From the human T2T-CHM13v2.0 reference genome, Homo sapiens: a stretch of DNA of 64,000 nucleotides. The notes beneath the pieces were generated by a model that was given only the letters and a program-made list of their open reading frames with translations, did no database searches and was not told the origin of the DNA. The stretch lies in the NCBI RefSeq assembly GCF_009914755.1, contig NC_060925.1; one strand, 5' to 3'. The translations under genes were made by a program, and so were the position numbers. Below are positions 35,146 through 56,977 of the stretch, piece by piece (the stretch's first letter is position 1; each line of letters begins with the position of its first letter).

Positions 35146-35547
35146 CAGTATAGCAGTACTGTACACTTTAATCATTTTCCTCATGTGTGTGTATGCGTGT
35201 ATAAAATAAACGTCTTCTTTCTGTTTGTTCTTGTCTTGTTCTGTAATTGGTGTCTGTTGTCTTATAAAACTTTCTACATTTTGATGTATGTAAGTTATTT
35301 CAACTATTCTTGCAACTTTTCTGTAACTTTGAAACTGTTTCAGGCTAAAAATTTTTTTCTTTAAACAAAAATACCAAATATGACTCTGTGGGTTGTCTGT
35401 TAGAGAAAACTACATCTTAAAGTTAATGGTAACACTCTTGAATGTAATTTTATAATTCGTGTGGCAGCCATTTTTTTTTTACTTACTAAACATCTACTGA
35501 GATTACATGGGAATTCAGTGGAAAAATACATTTCAATGTATAAATAG

Positions 35548-35879
<332 letters not shown>

Positions 35880-35880
<1 letters not shown>

Positions 35881-36062
35881 TATATATATATATACGTATA
35901 TATATATATATATATACGTATATATATGTATATATATATACGTATATATATATATATACGTATATATATATACGTATATATATGTATATATATATACGTA
36001 TATATATATATATACGTATATATATATGTATATATATATGTATATATATGTATATATATATA
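35880..36062. repeat. (TA)n microsatellite interrupted by CG/TG
   Basis: ~180 nt of TATATA with periodic TACGTA/TATGTA. Confidence 0.95.
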
Positions 36063-37062
36063 AAATATAAAGCAGGAGTATCAACTAATTGCTTTATTCC
36101 TACTGATATATTTTGATGCTTTACTTGAAACACTTCTAAGCTATCTTCTCTTATGCCTCTTTGTTCTGCTTTATGAATTTCCATAAGAATGGGGAGCACT
36201 GTTATAAATCCTATATTTTTTTCCTCCTAATCCAACCAATGACTTTATTTTTAGTATATATCATTGCATGCTTGCAGCTTACTGTCAATGCCTCTTTTAC
36301 TCATCTCCAGTGGATCTCAAGGTTAAACTAAATGAAAAAATAGGTTTTGTCTATTTTCAGAAGCTGAAAACCAAATCAAGTTGTATTGGACAAAATGTGA
36401 TTCTTGAATTACTTGATGGTTTTCCATTGCTGTATCCATCTTAGTTGTTTTGTGGCTAGTAGCCAATTGGAACTACTATTGAGCACTTTGTGTCAGTCAC
36501 TGACCTCACAGCTTTACTTGTTTAACTCAATGCTTCAACAGCTCTGAGGCTGATAAAATAAAACTTTATGCTATATAGTAACATGAATTTGGAAATGATA
36601 TAATTGGTGCCTGTCTTCAGGTATCTCTGTCTAGAAAAGTGGGTCCTTTGGTCTCCATTATTTGCCTGGCCCGGTTTCCCAGATTCAAGCTGCCAAAAGG
36701 GGCTCCAACTAACCCAGAGATTCTTAGACTCGCTGCTTCTTGGCTTCAAGTCCCAGCCAGACATGGAACCCAAGATTGTTCACATGGATGTTTCTGGAGG
36801 GACAATGGCCACCAGCTGGTACCATACTGTAGTACTCTATGCCCAGATGTCTTGGCTGTCTACCATGCCTTGATAATTTTAATCCCCATCTCTTCCATAC
36901 AAACCTATGTTTTATGTAACTGACACTAAGAATAGACCTTCCGAAGATGATTAATAGGTTATTTGATGGGATCATGTTGAATGCTAATTTAAAGAAATAT
37001 TTTTAATTCAAAAAGTAAGAGATTGTGATAGTGAGGAATTGTGACCCATTTGAAATAAGTTA

Positions 37063-37360
37063 GGCCGGGCATGGTGGCTCACCCCTGTAATCGCAGCACT
37101 TTGGGAGGCCGAGGAGGGTGGATCACTTGAGGTCAGGAGTTCAAGACCAGCCTGGCCAACATGGTGAAACCCCGTCTCTACTAAAAATACAAAAATTAGC
37201 TGGGCCTGGTGGTGGGTGCCTGTAATCCAAGCTACTCAGGAGGCTGAGGCAGGAGAATCGCTTAAAAAAAAAAAAAACCCAGGAGGCGGAAGTTGCAGTG
37301 AGCCGAGATTGCGCCACTGCACTCCAGTCTAGGTGACGGAGCAAGATTCCGTCTCAAAAA
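37063..37360 (+). mobile_element. Alu with an internal poly(A) run
   Basis: Full dimer; extra A run at ~37264-37277. Confidence 0.93.
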
Positions 37361-37894
37361 GAAATAAGCTTATGAACAATGGTTATTTATGGGTTATATA
37401 GTTTGGCTTGCACTGTTGTATTCTTATGATTGAGAAAATAAATGGAATAGAAGAAGAAGCTGCCTAGTTGTAAAGGACATGATTAAGAAATTATTTTAAC
37501 TTAACTTTTAGTTCTCGAGTCATGATAGTTGTATATATTTCCTTCACATTCTGGCTAACCAGAGGAGCCTATCAATTTGTGGACATTAGACCTACTTTTC
37601 TTCCTAAAATTCAGAGAGCCTTGCACGTAACGAGGCTCTCGTTACATGTTGGTTGAATTGGTTACAAACAATCCTATTCTTTTTGTTGCATATTTTTTGT
37701 TGTATGAGTGTTAGTCATTGATGAAGTCTACTAATAGTAGGATGACAGTAAATCCCAGTTTGCCTAGGAGAGTCCTGGTTTGTGTCTATTGACATGGCTT
37801 AATTATTAATAGCTTAATAATTAGTAAATTACATTATTAAGCTTAGATAAGTGAGGTGCAATGTTAAATTATAAGTCTACTTCTTGAATATTGA

Positions 37895-38023
<129 letters not shown>

Positions 38024-38139
38024 TAAGTTTTTCTTTCTTAATGTAACTCTAAATTTTTATGCCCTTGGCAGATTTAGTAAGAAGCAGTGTGATGGGGCTT
38101 TCTTGACTAGAGGAGAGATTGCTTGTAGCTGCTATTGTA

Positions 38140-38891
<752 letters not shown>

Positions 38892-39249
38892 TTATCCATA
38901 TGTGTAGACTACTAAGAAATATATCTAATATGTGTTGTGTATAAGAAAGTTTTTTTTCTGGAACAGCTCAAAGTAAATGAAAAATATAGATCCAGATGGT
39001 TACCAACTAATCTGTCAAGTTAGAAACTAGAATAATTGTAGTGTTTCATTTGTGATTGAAGATCAAAATGGGAATTCCTCCTCCTTTTAAAGAAATTGAA
39101 TAGTTATAGAAGATAAGGAACTTCTGTTTTGGTAAAGACCCAGTTCTACTCTGTAGTGGTATTCCATCTTAGATTTGAAGTATGTCAGCAAAAATTTGAG
39201 GAACCTCTTCACAATATCTCGTGAACTCATCTTGTTTAATTTCTACTTA

Positions 39250-39588
39250 CAGCCCTGTGTCACTTCACGATGGGGATACATTCTGAGAAATGTGTGGTTA
39301 GGTGATTTCATCATTATGCAAACATCATAGAGGGTACTTTAGTAGGCAAAATGGTATAGCCTACTATATCTAGGCGTATAGCATAGCCTATTGTTCCTAG
39401 GCTACAAACCTGTACAGCATGTCACTGTACTGAATACTGTAGGCAGTTGTAACACAATGGTATTTGTATATTTAAACATATCAACACATAGCTAGCGTAA
39501 AAATATGGTAGTACAATCTTATGGGATCATTGTCCTACATATGGTCCATTGTTGACTGAAATGTCGTTATGCGGTGTCGTTATGAGTG
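39250..39588 (-). mobile_element. Tigger3a-like DNA transposon, second copy
   Basis: Homologous to 11707-12051; flanked by TA. Confidence 0.8.
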
Positions 39589-40132
39589 TATTTAATATTT
39601 GCAAAAATAAGCTTCATGGATTGAAAATAAACTCCCAAACATCATCATTATAGTATTCAGGGTAATTGTAATATGGTTGAAAATTTCATTTAACAATTGT
39701 GTTTAGTTTTATGCAGTGATTTATGATTATTATAGCTGTTTATTGTAGCCAATTGTTATGATAACTAAAATATTATAAATTGTAAAGATGATCCTCTGGT
39801 CAACACTAGCATATTGCTTTTTATAAAGTATGTGTTTGGTAAATGAAATGTGACATGCCAGATTGTTTTTACACTGGAAGAACTGTGAAGATAGGGCTTG
39901 TAGTTATACCTTACATAGTTTTGTTGGAAGGTAAGCAATGTAGATGCTGTTTTATAGCTTAAGTCAGTTTCACATGATTAAATAAAAAGAGTAAAACTTA
40001 AGCATTGACTCTGTTGCTTTATAAGAGAAATGGCCAATTCTCAAAATATTAATACATTCATATATCCTTCAATATCTTTATTGCTAAAAGGGATGAGGAA
40101 TGAAGTATCTGTATATATGCTTTGATTTGCAG

Positions 40133-40221
40133 GGCAAAGTTTATAAATCCAGACTGGATTGCTCTCCATACATCACGTGGATATGAGAGTCAGGCACATA
40201 AGCTCTTCATGCGTACAACAG
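40133..40221 (+). CDS. ALG6: ALG6 exon 5 (c.258-346): [29 protein letters not shown]
   Basis: TTGCAG acceptor and CAG|GTAAAA donor; conserved SRGYES..KLFMR. Confidence 0.96.
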
Positions 40222-41974
40222 GTAAAAGAGCAATGGGTAGTGAATATAAAATTTGATTTTTTAAAAATTTTGGACAAACTGGTAAAGGTACTATTATTGT
40301 TCTTACTGACTTTAAAATTGTGCAATTACACAAACACATATATTTACAAATATACATATTTGTATACATGATCCAAGACCAAATGTATATGTAAGCTAAA
40401 ACTTGAAAGAGTAGAAAGGAATAATTCTGGGTGCTTTACATTTTTTATCTGACTTAATTCTTTGAACACCTAAATGAGATAAATACTATTATTCTTATTT
40501 TAAGCTGAGGAAACTGAGGCATAGTTAAATGAAGCAAGATAGCTATAAATTGAATCTTTAGTTTTTTAGGGTGCTGCTTTAATATCCTAATTCTAAATTT
40601 CTTTCATTTTTTCTTAAAGCAAACCTTGCAGTTATCATCTTATACATTGTATTGTTGTGCAGTTTCTAAATTAAATAATCCACACAACAAATGTTTATTG
40701 AGCATGTGTGTGTGCTGTTGTAGGAGCTTGAAAGTAATAAGCTTAGATTTCTTTAAGAGCTTTACATGACTTATGCTTTAATGCTTTAAAAGCCCAGTCC
40801 TTTTCCTTAATTAGTCTAAATGTAGTCAGAGTTTGTTCTCCTTACAATTCATCCAGTCATGGAATCTTAGGCCCAAGAGATAACCTGTTTTTCCTGTCTT
40901 TCCCTCTCCCACACCACTGCCCTTCCCTCTCCAATGCTTTAATCCTTTCTGAACCACATACACACCATGTGATTATTTGGCTTCTGAACCAATATCCATA
41001 CTTGCAGGGAACTCACAACCTTTAGAGACAGTCTATTCTGTTTTCAGAGAGCTCCAGTCATTAAAAATTACTTTCTAAATTGAACTTCCACCAGTCATTA
41101 CAGATTATGTTTTCTAGGGTTACAGAGAACAAGTCTGATCCCTTGTATCCCTAACATCCTACAGGAATTTGAAGTCACCTCTTCTCTAAGTTAAAGATTC
41201 CTATATACTTCAGCTATTCCTTAGATGAGCAATTTGTTGAATGTGATTATGGTTTTGAGGACTCTCGCCACTCTTTTGGGTGTGTTCCAGTTTGTCAGTG
41301 TCATCTTTAATGTGGCATCTGGAGCTGAACATATTGATAGATTTCAGTTGATAGATTGATAGTTTACTGTCACCTTTTTCTTGACACTAAGTGAGATATA
41401 AGAAAAAAATAAGCTCTTTAGACAGCTATGTTATACATTTGAAGAACTTATGTATTTATTTTTCTTTGTTCTAAAGGACTGCATGTTCAAAATTATGAAT
41501 TGCTTTTCTTTTTTTAGGATTTTTTTTTCAGTTTTCTCCTCACCTGGGTTTCTCAAGCTCTTTATATGCATTAATTAGCAAAAGTTTATATTTTTTCAAT
41601 AAAGACCAACATTTAAAAAAGATTTTCTTACACATCACTACATTTCAGTTATTCTTTATACTAGAAAATTCAGAGTATATAGATTGAGGAAAAAAATATT
41701 TCCTTGCTTTGAATATTTTTAAGTCCAAGTTAGAGCAAAGAGAGAATGTTAGATACATCTGATTGATTAAATGTGTGAATTTGTTAGAGAAAATTAAGAG
41801 ACTCCTTTGCAATACAGCAATTGAAATTAGTCACAGGTGAAGGGATTGAAAAGTGCTGACTGTGTAAAGGACTTGTCCATAGTAGGGCAAGAACCTTGTG
41901 TTAATGAATTCTCAATGTTGGAGGAAGGGAGGCAGTTAATGGGTAGCTGTAAATCCTGATGGACTCATGTTTAA

Positions 41975-42097
<123 letters not shown>

Positions 42098-42666
42098 TGA
42101 CAGTTCGTCTCTGAAATGTATTCTTTATTAGTCTAACTATTAAGTATAGACCTTAGAGAAGCCATGCTTTTGGAAAGAGAGTAATTAGGAATATTGTATC
42201 TTCTATCAATTTTCACTTCAAAAGCATCAACTTATCTTACAGTAATTAATTATTTTAGTGTACTACTAAGATACACTGAATCTTGGAAGTTATGTACTGT
42301 TGAACTACATGCCTTGCTGAATTTGTTACTTTACTGGTAAAGCTGAATTTTGAGCTGGCTTGTGAGATTGACCAAACTGAAAGGCATTTTGAAAAGTTGT
42401 TGTATATTCTTAATTCATAGTTATCAAATATTATTTTTGGTCATTTTAGATAGGTTAACATTAGATTGACTTCTCCAGTTTGTGTATCTGAAAGTACTTC
42501 CTCTGACAAAACCTTTTAGTGGTTTTGTTTTTCCTTTTTATGGAAGTGTCCAATGTCACCTTCATGAAAACTTCATTGTCTAAAGAGTTGTATTATAAAA
42601 ATTGAATATTTTATGAAAAGAAAGTGTGACACCTCTGGAAAAGGGGAACATTTGCTAATGTGTTAG

Positions 42667-47012
<4,346 letters not shown>

Positions 47013-47605
47013 TGAGTGACTTTTAAACACTAGAATCCAAAAATTTACTTCAGATAATTTTTTTGGCATACTTACTTGCAGTAAGATGATCTTTCACTTT
47101 GCCTTTTGGTGATTTCTTATAAATATTTTGGCTGTAGGGTATGTGGGAAGAGAGAGATTAAGTCATGTTCTGTATTTTATTTTTAATTTTCCTAACTAGA
47201 GAAATATTTCAATTCATGTATATTTACTGGTAGTGTGGATTGGGTAGTTAGAACTTTGCTGTAGGATTTTATCACTTTAGAGCTTACTACATTATATACT
47301 TATTAGAAATACATCCCCATTTGATATTTTTCTTCATGAATGCACTCTCTTATTCCTATAGGAATGGCATCTAACATAAATGTTAATTACGATGGTGATA
47401 ACAGTCCTTTTGTTGAAGTGCACGTCTTAGCTGTTGTGAATTTTTTACCTCTGATTTGAGCACACTCCCATCTTAAGCCTATATTGGTAACATAGATTTG
47501 GCATTACTATACATGTGCATGTATTATGTTCAGTGAGACTCAGGTTGATTTTGCAGAATTACTGACCTTTCCCTATCTTACTGCCTACCTTTGTTTTTGT
47601 TTTAG

Positions 47606-47741
47606 GTTTGTGTTGCTAGTTAAGCTAGCTTGTATTGTTGTGGCTTCCTTCGTTCTCTGCTGGCTGCCATTCTTTACAGAAAGGGAACAAACCCTGCAGG
47701 TTCTAAGAAGACTCTTCCCGGTTGATCGTGGATTATTTGAG
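47606..47741 (+). CDS. ALG6: ALG6 exon 9 (c.681-816): [45 protein letters not shown]
   Basis: TTTTAG acceptor. The conserved RLFP..RGLFE|DKVAN join requires a GC donor (GAG|GCATGT). Confidence 0.94.
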
Positions 47742-49725
47742 GCATGTTTAAACACTTTCCTCTCCTTTCTGTTACTGTACCTTACCTGTGACCTTTAGGG
47801 GTTTCATGTAGAAGGTACAAGGAATAGGAACTTCAGCTACTTTCCTCCTGTAATCATTCCTTGCCAGTTATTGCTTGATTGATTAATTGATTGGTTGAGA
47901 CAGGATCTTGCTGTTGCCCAGGCTGGAGGGCAGTGGCTATTCGCAGGGGTAATCATGGTGCACTACAGCCTTGAACTCCTGGGCTCAAGTGATTCTCCTG
48001 CCTTTGCCTCCCAAGTAGCTGGGACAACAGGGTGTGTGCACCTTGCTAGTTATTTAATCCATTATATAACCCCTAGCTCAGGTGGCATTTTTTAGTATGT
48101 TCCATCAATAGGTAATATTCATGCCATCATCAGATCCATAATTGAATTATATGTTTTTGTAATGAAATAGGGTTTGTAATGAAAGACAGCATGAGAAGTT
48201 TCAGCTACAATTTTAACAGCTGTGTAATTTTTTGGTGTATATTCTGTTTTTAGTCTTAGGAAATTATTTGTAAAACTAATAATCATGTTGCTTCAGGAAG
48301 ATCTCATAATTTCTTATGAGATATATAACCTTCATCCATAGTAATTTTTAATGAGAATCTTTCATTTCATTTCATTTAATGCTAGTTTAATCACTCTTGT
48401 TAAACTTTTATTATGTGAATAATTTGATCATTTAGATTTGGTAATTAAATTAAACCATTTTTCTGAAACAAAAAGGCCTTTTAATAAAGTTAGACAGAAA
48501 CAACATATTTATAGATAATTTGCTAGCATTTCTTTTAAAAATAATTTTAAAAGCATATTTTCCTAAGTTTTGAATATATAAATTTCTATAGAATATCTTT
48601 CAGTAGACTTATAGGAAGATGGAACCAGCATTTTGAAAGCGACTAAGATGGGAGTTTGGTGTTGTGAAGGAACAGAAATGTGTGACTGTATGTCAACAGG
48701 ATGATGGTAGTGATGATCTAAATAATCACTATTGTTATAACCACCACTTAGCAGGTGCCAGACACTTCCATGTAATTTTATTTGATCTTTACAGTAGCTT
48801 TGTGGTAGCTATTGTCTCCACTTTACAGATTAGAAAACTGAGGTCAAAGATTCCTATAACTAGTATGTAGCAGAACTGTGACTTGAACTTGGAAAATTGT
48901 TTTCCTAACCTCTTCTTTATATAAACTCTAACACTTACATAAAGAAAAGTTTAACTCTCTATGTAAGCTGCCTAATTATTTGCCTTACCTTCCATTTCAG
49001 AAATGGCATTTATCATGATAATTATAAAAATGAGTATCAGACATGTTTGATGGTGTTGCCAGTCTCTTCCATTCACTTCTTGCCTTCAAAATCTGAAAAG
49101 CATTTTCTTTGATCCAGCAGAGGAAAGTGGGATGATATAGTTGTCAGTGATAGTTACTTTTTTGATGTTAAGTCTGCACAGCTGTAAGTCAAGCAGCTGT
49201 GTAGAGAACGGATTTCACCACCAGGAGAGCTGTAGTTACAAACTTAATTTTGAAAGTGATCCTAGCACAACTGCTAATGTCTTTAGACTTTGATTTATTA
49301 GCAATTAGCTCTTGTCATTGCTAGTAGCTAGCAGGTTACTCTGTTACTCTAAGTAAATTCAGTTGTGTGATAAAAATGGGTCAAATGTAATATGTATTCT
49401 ATAAATTGTAGAAAAAACATTTCTTAGAAAAATTTCCAAAGATGAAGGACTTTAGTATTCAGGGATAGTGCACTGCTCTTTGAAAACTATTAAGTATTTG
49501 GGAATGTCTGGATTATGGTGGGCCAATGCTTTTGATCAACTGCCCTGCACAAAAATGAAAAATGCTTGAGACAGTGTATGCGTATATGTTTATTCCTGGA
49601 GGATTTAATCTATTTAGTTATAATTGTGACTAAAAGTTTCACATCTCAAAAAGTTTATTAGAGATTATGGGCTGTACTTCATGGGTTTTAATATTTCTTT
49701 CAATTATACCAGAATGTAAAGCTAA

Positions 49726-49827
<102 letters not shown>

Positions 49828-49920
49828 TAAGAGAAACAAAGTTTGTATGTAGTATTTTATAAGTTACTCTTTAAAAGCATTATGGTATTATTTCATTTAT
49901 TTGGCATCATTAGGGAATGA

Positions 49921-50230
<310 letters not shown>

Positions 50231-50404
50231 AGGTGTTTTTCTTTAGAGGATTTTCCACATAAAAGACCTATTGCTCTGTACAATAAAACTCTTCAACTTG
50301 AATTATTTTATGTGAAAATTTCTGAATTGTTACCTTGTTCTCTCCTTGAACAGAGAGTACATTAAATACGATTAATATTATGTTGAAGAGTCATGATATT
50401 CAGT

Positions 50405-50885
50405 GTGTATCAGTCAGGATCAATCCAAGAAGTAGGAGTAGGAGATCACTGTGTACTGTGTGTGTGTGAATTCGTGACAAGGAATTGGCTTATACAGTTG
50501 TAGGGCCTAGCTAAGCAAAACAGAAGTCACAAGGCAGGCAGTCAGGAGGGAATATCTAGGGGGGAAGGAAGAGCAATTCAGACCCAGATGCTGTTAGGGA
50601 AGGCCTCAGCCGTCTTTTAAAGGGCTTTTATTTGATTAAGTTAGGCGCCTCAGGACAAGATCCCTTTTGATTAATTTAAAATCAGCTGAGTAGGGGTTTC
50701 ACATCTGCAAAATTCTTTCACAGCAGATTAGTGTTCAAATAACTGGGAGATGAGATGGGTGTGGCCTCTCTGTCTTCCAAATCTTATGAGAATTTCCCTT
50801 GTAGCCCACCCTAACAAAGGCATACAGGAAGGGAATTCTAGGGACATTAGTTCAGCCTAGCCAAGTTGATGAGTCAAAATCTACA
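50405..50885. mobile_element. ERVL-class (MLT2-like) LTR
   Basis: TGTATCAGTCAGG...AAGGAATTGGCTTA...AGCCTAGCCAAGTTGA pattern. Confidence 0.5.
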
Positions 50886-51544
50886 ACTGGGAAAAATCAG
50901 TTATTGTATTAGGTTATATACTTGTTTTCAGGGCTTTCAGGGGCTATTTCCCATAGTACTAAATGGTTCCAGGCCACTTTGCTTGTTGAGTCTGTCTGCT
51001 TTTTCTAGTTCTTTTTCCTCCCACCCATTAGCCATCATTAGGAGAAGCTCTAGTAGCTTCCTGCTCCCTTTCCACCTTGTTCTTTATGATTTACCATGGG
51101 CTTGAAAATCAGATAATCAATGTTTGTGAAATGAGGGCTAGAGAGACTCTTTTGTGAGTAAAGTTTATGAATGTTTGTGTTACAGATATAGCATTATCTC
51201 TTATACTTCATTATGTTTTCTTATTTTGAGTGTTTGATAATTGACCTTCAACTATGTATCTTTGTATATTTTCTATACATGATATTAAATACTAAAATAA
51301 CAGAAGCAATATTTAGTTTTATCATGTTTGGTCTATATTATGTAATCGTGTATAAAAGTATATATATATATCAATGTGTAGATTTTGTTTAAATGTTATT
51401 TCATCTTTAAATTTAATAAATAAAAATATAGTTTGAAATAAACTTAAGTTGATAAATAATATGATCCTTATATTTAAAAAATATTTCCTTATTTAAGCTA
51501 GATTTATACCTCTACAAAGAAGACAAATATTTGATTTGTATTAA

Positions 51545-51655
<111 letters not shown>

Positions 51656-53329
51656 TAGATACTTAATTCTTGCCACAACTGATCTTTTAAAAATTATTTT
51701 CATGGTCTGCACAGGATTTATTGGGTTGGGAAACAAGACATTCATTTATTTGGCAGACATTTATTGGATGTTTCCCATACTTAGCTTCTGTGTTAGACAC
51801 TAAGCTAAGCAATCAATACTCTTTCAGTTAATTCAACTATTTAATTTGTTTCGTATTAGTTAATGAGGGACTACAAAGTAGAAAACAGTGGCAATGAACT
51901 TAAGTAGCTTAAATAGTTATGCTATAAAACAGATGGTATTAAGTTCTATCAGGTACAAATGAAGTCCTATGATGGTGTGGGAAAGGGAGATATTATCTCG
52001 GGGGGAGATTTTAGAATGCTGTTTAGGGCAAGTGGGATTTGAGCCCAAATTTGAAAGTGGGGCAAGGTTAGAACAGCAGGTTATATAGCAGAAGAGAAGT
52101 TCAAAACAGAAGGAAGAAGTTGAAGGTCCAGAGGTGGGAAAGGACACAGGATATTCTGGGAATAGCTATTAAACAATATAACTTGTGTGAGTTTTGTGTG
52201 TATGTGTTGAGAGTAGGAGAGGATATAGTGAAAGATAAGGGTAAAAATTGACCAAATTATTGAAGACCTTGAAAATCTTGGTTGAAAAGGTTTGGAGTTT
52301 GATTTGTGTGCAAGAGAAACTAAAAAATATTTTTGAGAAGGAGAGGGGGCAGATCTCTGTTTTAGGAGGATGACTTGTGTCAGTTTGAAGATGGACTAGG
52401 TGCATTTTCTACAGTTTAGGGTTTTTCTGAGTAGCTTTACAAAGTCTTCTTGGTTGTGTTTCTATGGCATTTAAAATTTTGTTCCTGTGTGCCATGGTCT
52501 ATAAAATGACATTTAAAAAATAACCTTTTAAACTATCAAGAACATTTAGTTTCTGAAAACAGTAAGTCCTACTGGACTTATGTGAGGCAACATTTAGAAA
52601 TTAGGGTTCCAAGTCTGGGACTGCCATGTAAGTACGTTGGATAAAAACAAGCCAGAAAAGAACATAACAGCGAAATACTTCAAAAGTGCATCTCATTACC
52701 ACAATGCAAAAAGGATAGCTTTATGTTCCTCTTTTCTTTTTCATTATCTTTTTATTGATGATTTGTGTTGTTTGATTCTGTGAATGAACTCTGAGCATAC
52801 CAAGTCATCTGTTGTTAATATTCTATTGGATAGTTAGAACAGAATGGATATGGTGTAATGCTCTGATGTCTTCACTAGGCTTAACCTGAAATATCTTCCA
52901 AGCTTGTGATAGATTGTTGTTTTTCTAGGAAGTAGAATGCTAAATAAATGTACAGTTCAAAGATAATAGAATAGAATTTCAGAGTTTGGGTAACTTTAGC
53001 AGTGTTAGAGATGATTACTTTTAGGATTATAAGCCAGAAAAAACATTTTCTTTTTCTTAGTTTTGTAATTTTTTTCAGTTTGGTATGTTTTAAAAGAAGC
53101 CATTGTGTTAAAACTTTTTAAATGTAAGATTTTTGTTATTTTGTTTTTGTTAATCATGCTTTGAATTCTTATTGTATACTTCTGAGAGTTTTAAGAACAT
53201 TTCCCATTATAATTGTTTTAAAAGTATTTTCCTTTCAATCATGTTTGCCTGAATTATATCTCAATATAAATCTATAATTGAGGTAACTGATAGCATGAAT
53301 ACTGGTGCATGTATAGCAGCAAAAGGATT

Positions 53330-54540
<1,211 letters not shown>

Positions 54541-54992
54541 TTATCCATATCTAATTTGCAGAATATAAACTTCTCAAAATAGATAATTTTTTTTAAACTC
54601 TAAATAGCACATTATTAATTTATAAAACATTAATATATTTTATTGAAGTGCATGTTTTAAAACACCAAAATAGATTTGTTTTGCCGGTTTTAGATTCTGA
54701 CCTTCTTGTCTTTCATGGTTTTAAATTTAAGTTGTCTGAGATTCCAGGGGAGGATGAATGTATGATTGTTGTGTCTGAGGTATTTACTAGTTCTGTTTAT
54801 TAATAACTGAGTTATGATGAACTTAGATGGTTAAATAAAGCTTTATAATCATTGTTTTTTGAAAAAATATGTCAATTTTTTAATTTGATTAAAATATGCA
54901 TACTAGTGTTGTTTGTATTTTACTTCTAAATAGAGCTTTAATAAACTTTCAACTTTCATTTGAAATGATTTTTATTTAGATTCTATAATTAA

Positions 54993-55121
<129 letters not shown>

Positions 55122-56258
55122 TAAGTAGAAACATTTGAAATATGTGTTTATTTGTTTATAATATAACTTTATAATTTACATACAAATATACATTTGAATG
55201 CAAAACAAAACTACACAAATGTTATATCTTTGCATAAAATGATTTCATAGTCAGGTTTTTTTCCAGAATTTTTGATTTTCTTTATAAAGTGTATTTTAAA
55301 CTGAAAAATTTTGGTAGAATGTTATTGACATAATAGTAATTTCTTCCTGTTCCTTCACTTATATTTTCTACATGCTAATAAAAAATATATCCTTCAAAGA
55401 GGTTTTCATCAGATTGGAGCCTGTTTGTCATCTTTGCTTTTTCATTTCATTCATTTCCACATCTATTCGGTAGCCTTCTTCTTTCCATTTACTTCCATGG
55501 GGTCTTTTGTATGTTGCCTTCTTTCTCTTTTTTTGCCACAAGCTTAGTTTAGGCCCTATTGGCAATCTGTAACCAGACTACTTTGTTTTAGAAGCATTAA
55601 ATTTTTTTCCTGATGTTCATAGAAAGCAGTGGATGACAGCTGGGAGTATGATATCCTAATATTAAAATAGTATTCACATAGAACCCTTTGGAATACTGAA
55701 ATCCTCCTCTAGGTCAATCCCAACCCACTACTGCTCTACCCCTCACCCTATGTTCACTAGGATCCTGTGGAAGATACATGTACAGAATGACCAATGACAA
55801 ATGGCAGGCAGTATTGCTTTTATTAGGTGGAGCTTTGGACTAAAACCTTCGTGCAGAGCTGGGCTGGCCTGTGTGGAAGGCTTCTTGGCTCTAAATAAAA
55901 CAGTCTCATATCATTGTAGACTGGGAAGACTGCTTAATGCCATCCTCTGAGGCCCAAACCTGAGTTAGAGCTTACCACTATTGTATGAGGCTAGGCTGAC
56001 CCTACACAAATCACTGGTACCAGGGGATGAAACTGTGGAGAGGCATTACTTTCAAACATGTATTAATATATTTCCCCAGAATTTATACTCATAGAAAGGC
56101 AGCTCATTCAGGACCTATAATCTGACCAGATTAGTTCTCAGACACTGAACTTCTAGGGGTTCATTTTTTACAAATGCACCTAGATTATTTGTAACAGTGC
56201 ATGGCTTTAATCTATTTTTGGTAAATGGTTTTACAGTTTGCATTAAAAGTTCCTTTTG

Positions 56259-56617
<359 letters not shown>

Positions 56618-56977
56618 TCAGTAAATATTTATTGAGTGCCTTCTATTTATCAGGCACTGTTTTGTGCACATGGGATATATTCCAGACAAAAATCCCTGCC
56701 TTCTTAGCTATCATTCTTAAAGATAGACACTTATTAAAAAAAAAAAAGAAGTGAGTGTGTTAGAAGGTAATAAATACCATGATGGAGAAATAAAACAGAG
56801 CAAGAGTAATTAGGAGTACTGGAGGATGGGATGCAGGTAGCGGTTGCAATTTTATTTTATTTTATTATTATTTTTGAGATGGAGTTTTGCTCTTGTTGCC
56901 CAAGCTGGAGTGCAATAGCGTGATCTTGGCTCACCACAACCTCCGCCTCCCTAGTTCAAGCGATTCTCCTGCCTCAG

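Noticed and set aside
36600-36930. GC-richer patch with ORFs in several frames (possible pseudogene fragment)
   Set aside because: No recognisable protein similarity, poly(A) tail or TSD; it cannot be supported without a BLAST or Dfam search.
48301-48322. 9-bp hairpin ATCTCATAA...TTATGAGAT and other short AT-rich palindromes
   Set aside because: Short and AT-rich, so plausibly chance in this base composition.
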